Below are positions 63,615-64,000 of a DNA stretch of 64,000 nucleotides, one piece after another. This stretch comes from a virus: positions 32,001 to 96,000 of IMG/VR virus record IMGVR_UViG_3300027759_000050; one strand, written 5' to 3'. How positions within the stretch are numbered: the first letter of the stretch is position 1; each line of letters starts with the position of its first letter. Made by a program: the position numbers and the translations under genes. Under the pieces are notes generated by a model, which saw nothing but the letters and a program-made list of their open reading frames with translations, was not told where the DNA came from and ran no database searches.

Positions 63615-64000
63615 TTATGGCAACATTGCCGGGAAAGCCTCTTTAACGAACTTATAATTAAGTCCAATTACACCGAAATCTTTTCTGAAAATACCCATTA
63701 CAACTTCCGCTTCACGGGGTTCCAAATTCTGCAACAACTCAACCAAAAGTTGTTCACGTTTTTTATCTGTTAGTTTATCAGCGGTTTCGTTACCCTTTTG
63801 GAACATATACAGTTTTCGCATCTCGGTTGAAAGGCTCGCATAACTCATTCCTGGAGGAACATTTTTAACCACATATCCAGCAGGCATTTCATTAAAGTAC
63901 CATTTTGGTTCTGGATGAAATCCTAGCTTTAACACATCAGCCAATACTTGTGATAGATTTTTTCCAATTACATCCATTCGTTGTTGCTTAGTTACAGCAA
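63615..64000 (-). CDS. conserved T4-like hypothetical protein (5' end beyond the window)
   Basis: LSTEMRKLYMF, KREQLLVELLQNLEPREA, VKEAFP. Confidence 0.8.
   Translation of the reverse strand, partial: AVTKQQRMDVIGKNLSQVLADVLKLGFHPEPKWYFNEMPAGYVVKNVPPGMSYASLSTEMRKLYMFQKGNETADKLTDKKREQLLVELLQNLEPREAEVVMGIFRKDFGVIGLNYKFVKEAFPAMLP

Noticed and set aside
1-64000. Alternative genetic code, DGR or retron
   Set aside because: Core genes are intact in the standard code with all three stop codons used, and no reverse transcriptase motif was seen.

Overview
This 64-kb window is part of a large T4-like (myovirus) bacteriophage genome, with gene order resembling environmental T4-like phages. A proteobacterial, possibly betaproteobacterial, host is inferred from the sigma70 promoters, a Fur-type box and the tmRNA tag. 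Positions 1-29 kb hold the late baseplate/tail module: a VrlC-like giant protein, gp8, gp7, gp6, gp25, a split gp5, gp27-like, gp53, gp48, gp4, gp2, gp54-like, gp26, gp51 and two paralogous hub/tape-measure-like proteins. Positions 29-37 kb hold gp32, gp59, gp33, an SleB-type hydrolase, an outer-membrane beta-barrel, a circularly permuted (two-piece) tmRNA with tag ANDSAYRLAA, a gp38-like adhesin, an exonuclease, PhoH and a DenV-like glycosylase. Positions 37-64 kb are a hyperplastic accessory region of small genes, two homing-type endonucleases, a MoxR/CobS-type ATPase with a distant VWA partner, GroES, and GalE-like and cytidylyltransferase genes. The most unusual content is non-coding. (i) About 20 near-consensus sigma70 promoters are present; most of those in the early region are repeated cassettes with a CAAC/GTTG palindrome abutting the -35 and diverge from a 90-bp nested dyad at 53886-53975. 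(ii) A Fur box and an ATAG-N7-CTAT box lie next to that dyad. (iii) Several small RNA-like inserts are closed by long stems; three share a closing-stem motif, one carries a perfect tRNA T-arm, and a fourth has a U-depleted repetitive loop. All calls come from reading the sequence and motifs by eye; no searches were run.
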